DNA from: a virus
Lineage: Duplodnaviria > Caudoviricetes
Length of the DNA stretch: 63,352 nucleotides
Virus record (IMG/VR): IMGVR_UViG_3300025326_000032
Coordinates: 1-63,352 of that record
Strand: one strand, 5' to 3'
Shown: positions 44,930 to 54,018 of the stretch, in pieces
How positions within the stretch are numbered: the stretch's first letter is position 1
Layout of the letters: every line of letters starts with the position of its first letter
Notes under the pieces: model-generated
Told to the model about the DNA's origin: nothing
Databases searched by the model: none
What the model saw: the letters and a program-made list of their open reading frames with translations, nothing else
Program-made: the position numbers and the translations under genes

Positions 44930-45103
44930 ATGAGTATTGATGACAGCCTTCACCAAAAAACACATACTGAGATTGAGATTCGTCTTAAAGCTATTGAGGG
45001 TGATATTAAGCTTGCTAAAATCGCTCTCCAGGTTGCGCGTTGGGCAGTTGGCATTGGTATTGCTACTGCTATTATTATCATAGTGGAGCGGTTATTTCAA
45101 TGA
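44930..45103 (+). CDS. Small coiled-coil plus single-TM protein (XhlA-like; not in ORF track)
   Basis: MSIDDSLHQKTHTEIEIRLKAIEGDIK...RWAVGIGIATAIIIIVERLFQ. Confidence 0.65.
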   Translation: MSIDDSLHQKTHTEIEIRLKAIEGDIKLAKIALQVARWAVGIGIATAIIIIVERLFQ

Positions 45104-45402
45104 GTGGTAATATCATTCTTGATATTGGAAGTCTATCCTTATTGTTCCTAGTTGGACTGACGCTTCGTGTCGTAGCAGGTATAAATGGTTGCAAGTCTCA
45201 CGGACAAGAAGCGTTAGTTGTCTCTGTTGGTGTTCTAATGACTATTCTACTTATACGTATATTTAGAGATAATCTTAATCTTATCTCTAGTGAACAGGCA
45301 ACTAAGATAGCTAGTATCGTTTACTTAACAGGAGTGATTATTCTAAGCCAACTTATATATATTCTTCATAAGGTAAATCATGTATCTAATCATTCTGATT
45401 AA
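45100..45402 (+). CDS. Three-TM membrane protein (holin candidate)
   Basis: ATGA-coupled start at 45100; three hydrophobic segments. Confidence 0.6.
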   Translation: MSGNIILDIGSLSLLFLVGLTLRVVAGINGCKSHGQEALVVSVGVLMTILLIRIFRDNLNLISSEQATKIASIVYLTGVIILSQLIYILHKVNHVSNHSD

Positions 45403-45742
45403 TAGCCTTATCAAATTTATATGGTTCGCCTAGACCTTCTATTACTTTTTCGGCAGAAGATAAATCAAATTGAAATTTGATATTTTCTTGTTCACAATCT
45501 TCAAAGAATTCTTGTGTTAAAATGTATACAGCGCGTAGATATTCTCTGATACCTTGGGCTTTAGCTTTAACAGTCCAAGAGTGTCTATATTGTGGCATAG
45601 CTCGCACAAGCCATTCATGTATATCAGATAAAGAGTCAAGCATAGCTATTTCAGGACTACGAGCAGTCCGTACCGTGTTTAATAAAAATCTAGAGTATCC
45701 TCTGTGTTTAATGCTTAACCTTCGGTCTGATTTTGGTTTCAT
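45386..45742 (-). CDS. Hypothetical protein
   Basis: Protein-like minus-strand ORF divergent from the 45760 promoter; start uncertain. Confidence 0.55.
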   Translation of the reverse strand: MKPKSDRRLSIKHRGYSRFLLNTVRTARSPEIAMLDSLSDIHEWLVRAMPQYRHSWTVKAKAQGIREYLRAVYILTQEFFEDCEQENIKFQFDLSSAEKVIEGLGEPYKFDKAINQND

Positions 45743-45759
45743 TTCAATCTCTGTATTAC

Positions 45760-45788
45760 TTGACACAACTGCTCATTACGTGTATTAT
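45760..45788 (+). promoter_or_regulatory. Sigma70-type promoter for replication module
   Basis: TTGACA-17 nt-TATTAT. Confidence 0.7.
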
Positions 45789-45863
45789 ACCACATGTACA
45801 CATCTTTATAAAGGCTCACCGTCTACTCGACATAATCCTCCTGCACTTTTTCTTGCTGGCCTC

Positions 45864-46058
45864 ATGCCTAAAACCTACTATCGCAAACTGCTTCGTATTG
45901 GCTCTAAGTATAAGAGTCTTGCTGTCTCTATTCCTAAAGAGATTCTAAATGAGGCTTTGTCTGAAGAAGTCTTACATACTATAGTTTCTATTAAGCTAAA
46001 TAATAGTTCTCCTGATACCGTGGACGTTACAGCACATCACACTTATAAGGAGAATTAA
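45864..46058 (+). CDS. AbrB/MazE-like small DNA-binding protein
   Basis: RKL.RIG....SLAVSIPKEI. Confidence 0.6.
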   Translation: MPKTYYRKLLRIGSKYKSLAVSIPKEILNEALSEEVLHTIVSIKLNNSSPDTVDVTAHHTYKEN

Positions 46059-46059
46059 A

Positions 46060-47073
46060 TTGGCATTCAGACCTTTCTCTGTTGTTGACTACCTGGCTCT
46101 TAAATTTCCTCATAATGATATTATAGAAAAGGGAATTCTAACAACACAGAGCCGCATGATTATAGGTGGTCATCCAGGGATAGGAAAATCTATATTAGCG
46201 ACACAGCTAGGTATAGAAGTATCTCGTGGTGACTTAGTTACAGATAAATTTAAGAGTGTTAAAAAGCGTGTGTTATATGTTCAAGAGGAAATTGGCCCAC
46301 GAAGTTATCAACAACGTTTAGAGCAAGTTAGTAACTATTATAAGACTATAGATTCATTCTTTATTGTTAGCTCTGCAGGATTTTCATTTGATGATCCTGC
46401 ATTGGTACTTCAACTTAAGCAATATATACAAGCTTTGAAAATTGAGATATTGATTCTAGACCCGCTATATAAGATTCATGGTAGAAGAGAGAATGATGCT
46501 ACTGAGTTAGCACAGTTAGCACAGTTAGTTGATAGGCTAATAGTTGAGCTAGATATTGCAGTTATTCTAGTACACCATCTACGTAAACCTTTTACTACTA
46601 ATAAAGGTGAGACGTTAGCAATGAGTATGATGGATTTCAGAGGTTCAACAGTAATACCAGCATGGGCTGACACAATGCTTATGCTTGAAGCAACTGACGA
46701 AGAAGATAAAGTTCGCTTAGATTTTGTAAAGACTAGAAATGCTCCTGAGTATATCCAGTCTATATATCTAAGACTTGATAGACAAAATATGCGGTTTGCG
46801 TTAATAAGAGGAGATGGCTCTAGTCTCTTATCTATAGATGATGATATTATAGAAATGCTTAAAACTGGAGGCTCTATATCAGAAGGTCATATTCTCAGTG
46901 GTATTAAGAATCTTCATATGAATGTAAAGCTGAACATAGCACATATTAGAGATTCACTGAATAATTTAGTTATGTCGGGTAAACTGGAGCGTCAGCAAGG
47001 CATGGTTTGGATTAAACCTGATATAGTTTCTAGTGGTTCTGATTGGGAGCTGGACAACTCAAGTGAGGATTAG
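46060..47073 (+). CDS. RepA/AAA_25-type replicative helicase with C-terminal winged-helix-like tail
   Basis: GHPGIGKS, VLYVQEE, ILDPL, VHHLRK, RGS; TTG start with SD AAGGAG. Confidence 0.85.
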   Translation: MAFRPFSVVDYLALKFPHNDIIEKGILTTQSRMIIGGHPGIGKSILATQLGIEVSRGDLVTDKFKSVKKRVLYVQEEIGPRSYQQRLEQVSNYYKTIDSFFIVSSAGFSFDDPALVLQLKQYIQALKIEILILDPLYKIHGRRENDATELAQLAQLVDRLIVELDIAVILVHHLRKPFTTNKGETLAMSMMDFRGSTVIPAWADTMLMLEATDEEDKVRLDFVKTRNAPEYIQSIYLRLDRQNMRFALIRGDGSSLLSIDDDIIEMLKTGGSISEGHILSGIKNLHMNVKLNIAHIRDSLNNLVMSGKLERQQGMVWIKPDIVSSGSDWELDNSSED

Positions 47074-47344
47074 GAAGTGCCACCATTAAATATACCAATT
47101 TACTGTCATAAATGCTCACTAAGGTTTAATTCTGTAGTAAGAGCATGAAAAGTCTATTTGAGCCAAGCAAACACTATGCTAACACTTTGCTAGATATGAA
47201 AATGGCGAGCGTCAAAGCGAGGATACCTATCCTATGGGTTGGCTTTGAAACCCCCGTGAATTTGGATGCTAACACGCGGTCGGCGCTTGAGTGGCACCCT
47301 TGAAACCGCACCGGATGGTCAAACGACCAAGAGCCCATGTAAAC

Positions 47345-47620
47345 ATGACGAATCGGATTAGATCTGTACGACAGGCGCAAACTAAAAAACTGAAACAAGC
47401 TGATGTTGCAAATAAGCTCTCAAACATAGTAGGCTTTCCTGTGTCACGGTCTACATATGCTTCTGTAGAATCAGGAACAGTTATGCCACATAAGATAATC
47501 TTAGATGGATTGACTAAGATATTTAACTGTAGAGATACAGACTTATTTGCTGGTGTTTATTTAGATATGATTCAGCTTGAAAGTTCTTGGAGCTACGATG
47601 ACTCAAACGAAGACTTGTAG
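47345..47620 (+). CDS. XRE/Cro-C1 HTH regulator
   Basis: NRIR..R....L.Q.DVA.......VSRSTYA.VE.G...P......L...F....DLF. Confidence 0.8.
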   Translation: MTNRIRSVRQAQTKKLKQADVANKLSNIVGFPVSRSTYASVESGTVMPHKIILDGLTKIFNCRDTDLFAGVYLDMIQLESSWSYDDSNEDL

Positions 47621-47725
47621 ACATTGCTTAAAACCTATGCCTATATTAAGTATACTAACAACAAGTAATCAAATTATTACAGTTAGAGGATATTGTCCTT
47701 CTTGTAAAAGAGCTGGAGGCTAACA

Positions 47726-49798
47726 GTGGCAACACTACCACATCCTATACCAGAATTAACTCAAGTAGGACGAGAGATATTTGACAGACGTTATCAATGG
47801 CAAGATGAAACACCATCTGGAATGCTGGAGCGTGTAGCAAAGCATATAGCATTAGCTGAGGAACCTGATAAGCGCCCAGAGTATAAAGAACGTTTCTATG
47901 AGCTGATGTCATCACTCAGATTCTTACCGAATAGTCCCACGTTGTTTAATGCTGGTACGGGACAGGGATTATTGAGTGCCTGTTTTACGTTTTATGTGGA
48001 TGACAGTTTAGTGTCTATAATGGAGTGTCATAGGCTTGCTGGCTTGGTTATGAAATATGGTGGTGGTGTAGGTTATGGTCTTAGTCGTGTTAGGCCAGCA
48101 GGTGAACAGATTAAGACTGTTCAAGGTAAAGCTTGCGGGCCTGTTAATCTATTACCTTATTATAATAGCATAGCTAATCTTATAACTCAGGGTGGGAAGC
48201 GTTCAGGTGCCCAGATGGGCATACTATCTATAGATCATCCTGATATTAGAGATTTTATACACTTCAAAGATAAGAATCCAGATAGCCTACACACATTCAA
48301 TATCTCAGTCTCAGTGACTAATGAGTTTATGCGCCGATATAAGACTGGTAATAAAGAGGCTACAGAGTTATTTAGAGAGATTGCTGAGTCAGCATGGACA
48401 ACGGGCGATCCAGGTGTTTGGTTTGTAGATACTATAAATGCGACTAATCCGACACCGTGGTTAGGAAAATTGGAGAGTTGCAATCCTTGCGGAGAGGTAC
48501 AGCTTTATCATGCTGAGGCATGTAACCTAGGTAGTCTTAATTTAGGAAAATACATTATTGATTATGGATCAGAGCCTATCATATTGTGGGATAAGCTAAA
48601 GTCTGATATTAGACTAGCTGTTAGATTACTAGACAATGTAATAGATGTAAATGATTTTCCTGATCCTATAATTACTGAAGCTGTTAATAAGACACGTAAG
48701 ATAGGATTAGGTGTTATGGGATGGGCTGACTTACTTGCTTTGTCCGACATTCCATATGACTCAGATGCAGCTGTTATGCTTGCTGATGAGATTATGGAAT
48801 TTATCTCTAAAGAGGCTGACAGAGCAAGTTACGAGCTAGGTCAAGAGCGAGGTATCGCACCAGCATATGAGCATCCAAATGCTCCAGCTCAGTTAGGATT
48901 TGCAGCTAGAAATACTACTAGGACTTGCATTGCACCAACAGGCTCTATATCGCAACTTGCTGGTTGTTCTTCAGGAATAGAGCCACATTATGAGTTAGAA
49001 TATACCAGAATCATGATGGATAGAGGCCAACCAGTTGAGCTTCATGTTAAAGAGCCTGTTCTAGATATTCTGCAAGAGTACGGTATAAATCTACCTAAAA
49101 CGGCACACGAAATTGCACCCGAATGGCATATAAATCATCAAGCAGCATTCCAACAGCATACTAATTTATCCGTTTCCAAGACGATAAATCTACCTGAAAC
49201 TGCCACAGTTAATGATGTTGAGACTAGCCTTGTTCGCCTTTGGGAGACTGGGTGTAATGGCGGGACGATTTATCGTGATAAGAGCCGTGATACCCAAGTC
49301 TTAGGTGAGAATCGTGGCAAAGTAGAAGATAGACAGAATGAGCGTCGTAGATTGCCTGATGAAAGACAGTCTATAACACATAAATTTAAAGTGGCTGACC
49401 AAGAAGGCTATCTTACTATTGGATTATACGAAGATGGTAGTCCTGGCGAGGTCTTTATTAAGATAGCTAAAGAAGGTTCGACTGTTGCAGGCACTTATGA
49501 TGTAACAGGTATCTTAATGTCTTTGGCTCTTCAATATGGTGTTCCTTTAGAAAGTATTGTTAGTAAACTTACTAATATGCGATTTGAGCCAGCCGGTCTA
49601 ACAGGTAATCCTGCTATTCCTTACGCGATGTCTATACCGGATTATATATCTAGATATCTACATAATAAATTTAGTAATGGGAATGAATTGTCTAATGTAA
49701 CAGGTTTGTTTTGTTCTGATTGTCAGAGTGAGTTAATTGCTCAAGAAGGTTGTTTAAAATGTTCAAGTCCTGTATGTGGATACGTGAGATGCGGTTAG
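47726..49798 (+). CDS. nrdJ: Class II (adenosylcobalamin-dependent) ribonucleotide reductase with C-terminal TSCPD-like domain
   Basis: FLPNSPTL.NAG, LSACF, GGGVG, NPCGE, IAPTGSIS, SKTIN, RRLP.ER.S.THKF, terminal Zn ribbon. Confidence 0.95.
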   Translation: MATLPHPIPELTQVGREIFDRRYQWQDETPSGMLERVAKHIALAEEPDKRPEYKERFYELMSSLRFLPNSPTLFNAGTGQGLLSACFTFYVDDSLVSIMECHRLAGLVMKYGGGVGYGLSRVRPAGEQIKTVQGKACGPVNLLPYYNSIANLITQGGKRSGAQMGILSIDHPDIRDFIHFKDKNPDSLHTFNISVSVTNEFMRRYKTGNKEATELFREIAESAWTTGDPGVWFVDTINATNPTPWLGKLESCNPCGEVQLYHAEACNLGSLNLGKYIIDYGSEPIILWDKLKSDIRLAVRLLDNVIDVNDFPDPIITEAVNKTRKIGLGVMGWADLLALSDIPYDSDAAVMLADEIMEFISKEADRASYELGQERGIAPAYEHPNAPAQLGFAARNTTRTCIAPTGSISQLAGCSSGIEPHYELEYTRIMMDRGQPVELHVKEPVLDILQEYGINLPKTAHEIAPEWHINHQAAFQQHTNLSVSKTINLPETATVNDVETSLVRLWETGCNGGTIYRDKSRDTQVLGENRGKVEDRQNERRRLPDERQSITHKFKVADQEGYLTIGLYEDGSPGEVFIKIAKEGSTVAGTYDVTGILMSLALQYGVPLESIVSKLTNMRFEPAGLTGNPAIPYAMSIPDYISRYLHNKFSNGNELSNVTGLFCSDCQSELIAQEGCLKCSSPVCGYVRCG

Positions 49799-49881
49799 CT
49801 ATTTGCTCAGTCGAAATCTGTACTAGGCCAGTCGTTTTAACTGGACAGAATATAAGATTCACGAAGACTGGTATGTGAGAT

Positions 49882-50055
49882 GTGGCTAAACCTAAATCAG
49901 ACACCGTACAAGAACAAGAATTAAAGACTTTGACGAAACAGGTAATAGATTTACAAGATAGAACAGCTAAGTGGTATGGTGTGTTTTGTGCAGAGACTAA
50001 TGGATTTCTTATTGAGATAAACAGATTAATTAGACAAGTTAATAAGAAGGTTTAA
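49882..50055 (+). CDS. Hypothetical protein (57 aa, not in ORF track)
   Basis: GTG start, open coiled-coil-like frame. Confidence 0.5.
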   Translation: MAKPKSDTVQEQELKTLTKQVIDLQDRTAKWYGVFCAETNGFLIEINRLIRQVNKKV

Positions 50056-50188
50056 TTCTTCTATGCAGGACAGAAGAAAGGAATAGGCTAGATACTTCGT
50101 GGTGGATACTAAGATGAGTAAGGTCTGTTTGGATATGTTGCCGCACCCCCGATAACATATATATATCTGTCCTGCATAGAGTGATTAA
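50052..50188 (+). ncRNA. Candidate structured RNA closed by a long terminal stem
   Basis: Perfect 15-bp IR 50060-50074/50166-50180, extendable to about 23 bp; internal hairpin with C-rich loop. Confidence 0.55.
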
Positions 50189-50191
50189 GCT

Positions 50192-50362
50192 ATGAAAATA
50201 GACTGGCATGATGATAGTCTTTTTCTACCTATAGATATTTGGCAATTGTTATTAGATTGGCTTAGGAAAGGAACAGTAGAATTTCCTATTCGCTGTGCTG
50301 AGTGTGGAAGTAAGACAAAAGGTAACAGAATTATAGGCTACAGGATGGGATGCAATCACTAA
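50192..50362 (+). CDS. Hypothetical protein (56 aa)
   Basis: TAATG-coupled to methyltransferase; CAEC. Confidence 0.5.
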   Translation: MKIDWHDDSLFLPIDIWQLLLDWLRKGTVEFPIRCAECGSKTKGNRIIGYRMGCNH

Positions 50363-51468
50363 TGGCTGATTGGATTAATCCAGATGGTAAAGTTAAACTC
50401 TTGCATGGTGACTGTATGATTAGAATGCAAGAGATACCATCTAATTCTGTAGATGCTATAGTTACCGATCCTCCTTATGGCCTTTGTTTTATGAACAGAG
50501 AATGGGATGATATCAGTAAGATTAAACTGTTTCATCACAAATGGGCAATTGAAGCTCTTAGAGTCTTAAAACCTGGAGGACATTTATTATCTTGCAGTGG
50601 TACTAGGACATATCATCGAATGGTCTGTGCCATAGAGGATGTAGGGTTTGAAATACGTGATGCTATTCTCTGGGTTTATGGTAGCGGCTTCCCAAAATCA
50701 CAAAATATAGCAAAGGCTATAGACAAGAAACTCGGAGTTAAGTCAGAAGTTATAGGTACACAAACTCTACCTGACCATCGTGGCGACAACTATAAACAGG
50801 GCCATAGAGATTATGAATATATAGAGCATGAAGTTACTAGAGCTACAAGTAAGCAGGCTAAAGAGTGGGAGGGTTGGGGAACAGCTTTAAAGCCAGCAGT
50901 AGAACCAGTGTGTCTTGCACGTAAACCGATAGCTGAAAAGACTATAGCTGCTAATGTTATGGTTTATGGAACAGGTGGTTTGAATATAGATGCTAGTCGT
51001 ATCTATAGCTCAGAGGAAGATGCTTATGGACGTTATCCCAGTAATCTATTATTAGATGAAGAGGCTGCGCAAATATTAGACGAAGGTTCTGAGGTTACTA
51101 AATCCTCAAGAGCTAGTCTGACCAGCAAGCCTGGAAAGATATATGGTGGTGGAGATGGCCTGCCTAGTTATACTGGTTTATATGGCTTTAATGATTCAGG
51201 TGGGCCTAGTAGGTTTTTCTTTGTAGCTAAGGCTAGCTCTAGTGAGCGTAAGGGCTCAGAACATCCTACTATAAAACCAGTTACTCTTATGAAATATCTT
51301 GTAAGGCTTATAACTCCTCCTGATGGAACTGTTCTTGATCCTTTTGCTGGCTCTGGTACTACACTAGAGGCTGCTTATCAATTAGGATTCAATGCTATTG
51401 GAATAGAATTAGATATTGAGAATCTAGAGACGATGATTAAGCGTATGCAGCAGGGAGTACTATTATGA
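50362..51468 (+). CDS. Second N6/N4 DNA methyltransferase (beta class)
   Basis: VTDPPY, GSGFPKS, LKPA.EP, HPT.KP, VLDPFAGSGTT; start may be 50350. Confidence 0.92.
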   Translation: MADWINPDGKVKLLHGDCMIRMQEIPSNSVDAIVTDPPYGLCFMNREWDDISKIKLFHHKWAIEALRVLKPGGHLLSCSGTRTYHRMVCAIEDVGFEIRDAILWVYGSGFPKSQNIAKAIDKKLGVKSEVIGTQTLPDHRGDNYKQGHRDYEYIEHEVTRATSKQAKEWEGWGTALKPAVEPVCLARKPIAEKTIAANVMVYGTGGLNIDASRIYSSEEDAYGRYPSNLLLDEEAAQILDEGSEVTKSSRASLTSKPGKIYGGGDGLPSYTGLYGFNDSGGPSRFFFVAKASSSERKGSEHPTIKPVTLMKYLVRLITPPDGTVLDPFAGSGTTLEAAYQLGFNAIGIELDIENLETMIKRMQQGVLL

Positions 51469-51575
51469 CAATTAGCAGAAATCACCCTCATAAACGTTGC
51501 TTCAGATGTCATATTAGAAAGCGTATTTGTAAAGGCTACAACACTTGTTACATGTGTAGGAAAAAGAATGCCTAA
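51465..51575 (+). CDS. 36-aa Cys-rich basic peptide
   Basis: ATGA-coupled; CFRC..C...CYMC. Confidence 0.5.
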   Translation: MTISRNHPHKRCFRCHIRKRICKGYNTCYMCRKKNA

Positions 51576-51711
51576 ATTACCTAGAAATCTAAAAAAGACT
51601 AATAGTACTGAAGTAGTAAAGGCTGCAGACTATCCTCACACATGCCATTTTTCAGGATATCCTAAAGAAAAAACTAGATGTAAATATTGCGGCAAAAGGA
51701 AGGATGAATGA
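51568..51711 (+). CDS. 47-aa Cys-containing peptide
   Basis: Overlap-coupled; CKYCG. Confidence 0.5.
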   Translation: MPKLPRNLKKTNSTEVVKAADYPHTCHFSGYPKEKTRCKYCGKRKDE

Positions 51712-51818
51712 GTTGTACTTTATGTAAGGCAGGGTTTAAATTACCACATGGTCATATATATAGCCTAGAAGAATTTCAAGATATCCTGAAGCGTATTGTA
51801 CAAGAAAATAAGAAGTAA
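51708..51818 (+). CDS. 36-aa peptide
   Basis: ATGA-coupled; SD AAGGAAGG; CTLC..H.H. Confidence 0.5.
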   Translation: MSCTLCKAGFKLPHGHIYSLEEFQDILKRIVQENKK

Positions 51819-51819
51819 A

Positions 51820-51993
51820 ACTTGAGTGTCTTAGAGTGCAGAGAGGCTGCACTTGGGAGTGACAGGAAGTAACCTGTTGCTGCAAGAGCACAGAGAGAAC
51901 AACAAAATAGTCTTCATGGGCGCGAAGTATATAACAGTAACAGCTCCAACTCCAATTAAGGGTGATCCTCTCTGTGCTCTAAGATATTCGAGT
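51820..51993 (+). ncRNA. Candidate structured RNA with 27-bp closing stem
   Basis: 51820-51846 pairs fully with 51967-51993 using 5 G-U pairs on the + strand. Confidence 0.7.
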
Positions 51994-52004
51994 AACTGAC
52001 ATAG

Positions 52005-52033
52005 TTGACAAATATAGGATATTAGTTTAAAAT
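52005..52033 (+). promoter_or_regulatory. Sigma70-type promoter upstream of endolysin
   Basis: TTGACA-17 nt-TAAAAT. Confidence 0.75.
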
Positions 52034-52085
52034 AATGTTCAATGTATGTTACACATCCAGAATAGCTTAAGTGATAGGTAGACTT

Positions 52086-53060
52086 ATGAAGGGTCTTGAT
52101 CTCAGCTTCGCTTGTCCTCCTCTTGACTGGTGGCAACGTCGTCGGTCTGATGGATTTGAGGTCGTGTTCCAGTGCCTGTGGACGGGTGGCTTCGCGGGCA
52201 ACGACGGCATCAAGGCTGCGGCTGAGACGAACCTACGCAATGCCAGGATGACGGGGTTCAGAACGGTGGGCGGGTACGCCAACGCCAGTCCACCGTCTTG
52301 GTGGCCGCTGGATGTCCAAATGCGAGAGATCAGGGCTAACGCCGGTGGCGAGTGGACGATCCTCAAACGAGTCGCCGTCGATCTAGAAATCCCAGGCCTC
52401 ACGCTCGCACGGGCCGAGGAACTGGCAGATGCTCTGAAGCGTGAAGGCAAGAACGTTGAGATAGTAGACATTGGCTACACTGCCCGCTGGTTCTGGGTAG
52501 GTCACATGGGAAACAGCCTTAACCCACGTTGGCTAAGGTTCAAGTTGTGGAACGCTAACTATGACTGGAACCCCGACATCGATTTCGGCGCGGCTCCCTA
52601 CGGGCCGTGGAAAATGACTGACCTTGTGGGCGAGCAGTATCAGGGCACCACGCAACTGGATGGCTATGCCGTTGACCTCAACACCTTCATAGACAGCGCC
52701 TTTGCGCCGTCAGTACCAACACCAGTTCCTACACCAGAGGAGGTTCTCATGGGCAAGATAGCAGATGATTTCGCAGCGCTGGGACGCACCGTCGAGGCTG
52801 AGGTTGAAGCGGCCAAGGCATTGCCAGCACCAATTCCAGGGCCAGTGGGGCCTACAGGCCCAGCAGGCCCAGCGGGCGGCACTGTGCCCGCGCCTTCCGG
52901 AGCGCGCTACGACACGCTGCTCGCAGCGGACGGCCACTTCACCGGCTTCTGTGCGCGCAACGGGATTACAGTAGAGCAGGGCAAGGCGCTGAATCCAAAT
53001 GGCCCGCCATCCGGTAATTGGAACATCGTCCACGCTGGCGAGGTCTACAGGGTAGCCTGA
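52086..53060 (+). CDS. Endolysin: GH25-like muramidase, Pro/Gly linker, LysM-like C-terminus
   Basis: GLDLS, AVDLE, YTA.WFW, LW.ANY, QY......VDLN; C-terminal GIT...KALNP......IVHAGEVYRV. Confidence 0.85.
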   Translation: MKGLDLSFACPPLDWWQRRRSDGFEVVFQCLWTGGFAGNDGIKAAAETNLRNARMTGFRTVGGYANASPPSWWPLDVQMREIRANAGGEWTILKRVAVDLEIPGLTLARAEELADALKREGKNVEIVDIGYTARWFWVGHMGNSLNPRWLRFKLWNANYDWNPDIDFGAAPYGPWKMTDLVGEQYQGTTQLDGYAVDLNTFIDSAFAPSVPTPVPTPEEVLMGKIADDFAALGRTVEAEVEAAKALPAPIPGPVGPTGPAGPAGGTVPAPSGARYDTLLAADGHFTGFCARNGITVEQGKALNPNGPPSGNWNIVHAGEVYRVA

Positions 53061-53171
53061 CATGGAAGCGCAGAGCTGCGCTTGATCCCGTCAGAGGCTG
53101 ACATGAACGGGGGGCATACCAATTCCAGCGCTATGGCCCATGCGGGAAGGGTCACATAAAGCCGGTAGGAG

Positions 53172-53354
53172 ATGACTGTCCCCGATGCGCTTATTGGCTT
53201 CGCCGCGATAGTCATCATGTTCTTGGGAAGCTACTACGTCTTATTCAGCGCCGAAGCGGAGATAAAAAGAAGAAAGGAAAAACTAGAAAGTGACAAAGAG
53301 AGGAGAAGAACAAAAAGAAAATCATTTCTTAAAAATAGACGTATCATTAAATAA
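53172..53354 (+). CDS. Single-TM protein with basic tail
   Basis: SD AGGAG; N-terminal TM. Confidence 0.65.
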   Translation: MTVPDALIGFAAIVIMFLGSYYVLFSAEAEIKRRKEKLESDKERRRTKRKSFLKNRRIIK

Positions 53355-53382
53355 TATAATTAGTTTTATAAGGAAAGGTACA

Positions 53383-53577
53383 ATGACTGAATTATTTAAC
53401 CAGTTAGGCGGACGAAAATTTACACTTGGCATAGGGAACTTTGTTGCTTTGATGCTTACAACAACAGGAACAATAGATGCGGGAACTGAAGTCCAAGTAG
53501 CCAATGCTATCGGTATGGCTATCTCTGTCATTATGATTGGTCTTGTTGATATTGTTAAAGCTACGAAGAGTAAGTAA
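53383..53577 (+). CDS. Two-TM holin candidate
   Basis: SD GAAAGG; GRKF followed by two hydrophobic helices; near endolysin. Confidence 0.6.
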   Translation: MTELFNQLGGRKFTLGIGNFVALMLTTTGTIDAGTEVQVANAIGMAISVIMIGLVDIVKATKSK

Positions 53578-53783
53578 TGTCAAAACAGTATCTGGTTAAT
53601 TCCGATACTAAAGAAATACATGACTTAAACGCACAAGATTCTCGTTGTAATATTCCTACAGCTCGTGAAGATGATAGCAATCTTAAACGTATCTGCGTTA
53701 AGGAATTTATGCTTCTTATACGAGAAGGCTTCGATACCTGTGGCTGGTGTTTCGCGGATGAGTCTGATTTAGAGTCTGTATAA
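53577..53783 (+). CDS. Small metal-binding-like protein
   Basis: YLVN..TKEIH......C....GFD.C.WC. Confidence 0.65.
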   Translation: MSKQYLVNSDTKEIHDLNAQDSRCNIPTAREDDSNLKRICVKEFMLLIREGFDTCGWCFADESDLESV

Positions 53784-53794
53784 CGCTATCTATT

Positions 53795-53938
53795 ATGATA
53801 TTGCGTAAATGGCAGCGTCGAGACAAAAGACGCAAACAGGATAGTCGTATTCGACTGCGTAATCTGCGTAATCATAATGTGCCAATTACTGGTACTAGCA
53901 TTATTCGTCGTAGCAAGCGAGATAACGGCAATAGATAA
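53795..53938 (+). CDS. 47-aa Arg-rich peptide (not in ORF track)
   Basis: MILRKWQRRDKRRKQDSRIRLRNLRNHNVPITGTSIIRRSKRDNGNR; no clear SD. Confidence 0.4.
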   Translation: MILRKWQRRDKRRKQDSRIRLRNLRNHNVPITGTSIIRRSKRDNGNR

Positions 53939-54018
53939 AGAAGCTGAACATGCGGCAATAGGAACTTTCGGGAACTCCCAACAGAATCGGGGGGGCGGGC
54001 GTAGCCCGCAACTTACAT

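Noticed and set aside
45477-45863. N-terminal two-thirds of the 193-aa ORF in the track
   Set aside because: It is antisense to a better ORF and spans a promoter; only the part from ATG 45864 looks real.
47726-49798. Intein or intron in the RNR (also checked TerL and helicase)
   Set aside because: Motif spacing and lengths look normal; no intein-like insertion seen.
53061-53171. GC-rich hairpins after the endolysin as an ncRNA
   Set aside because: Short hairpins in GC-rich DNA are expected by chance; no long stem or U-tract.
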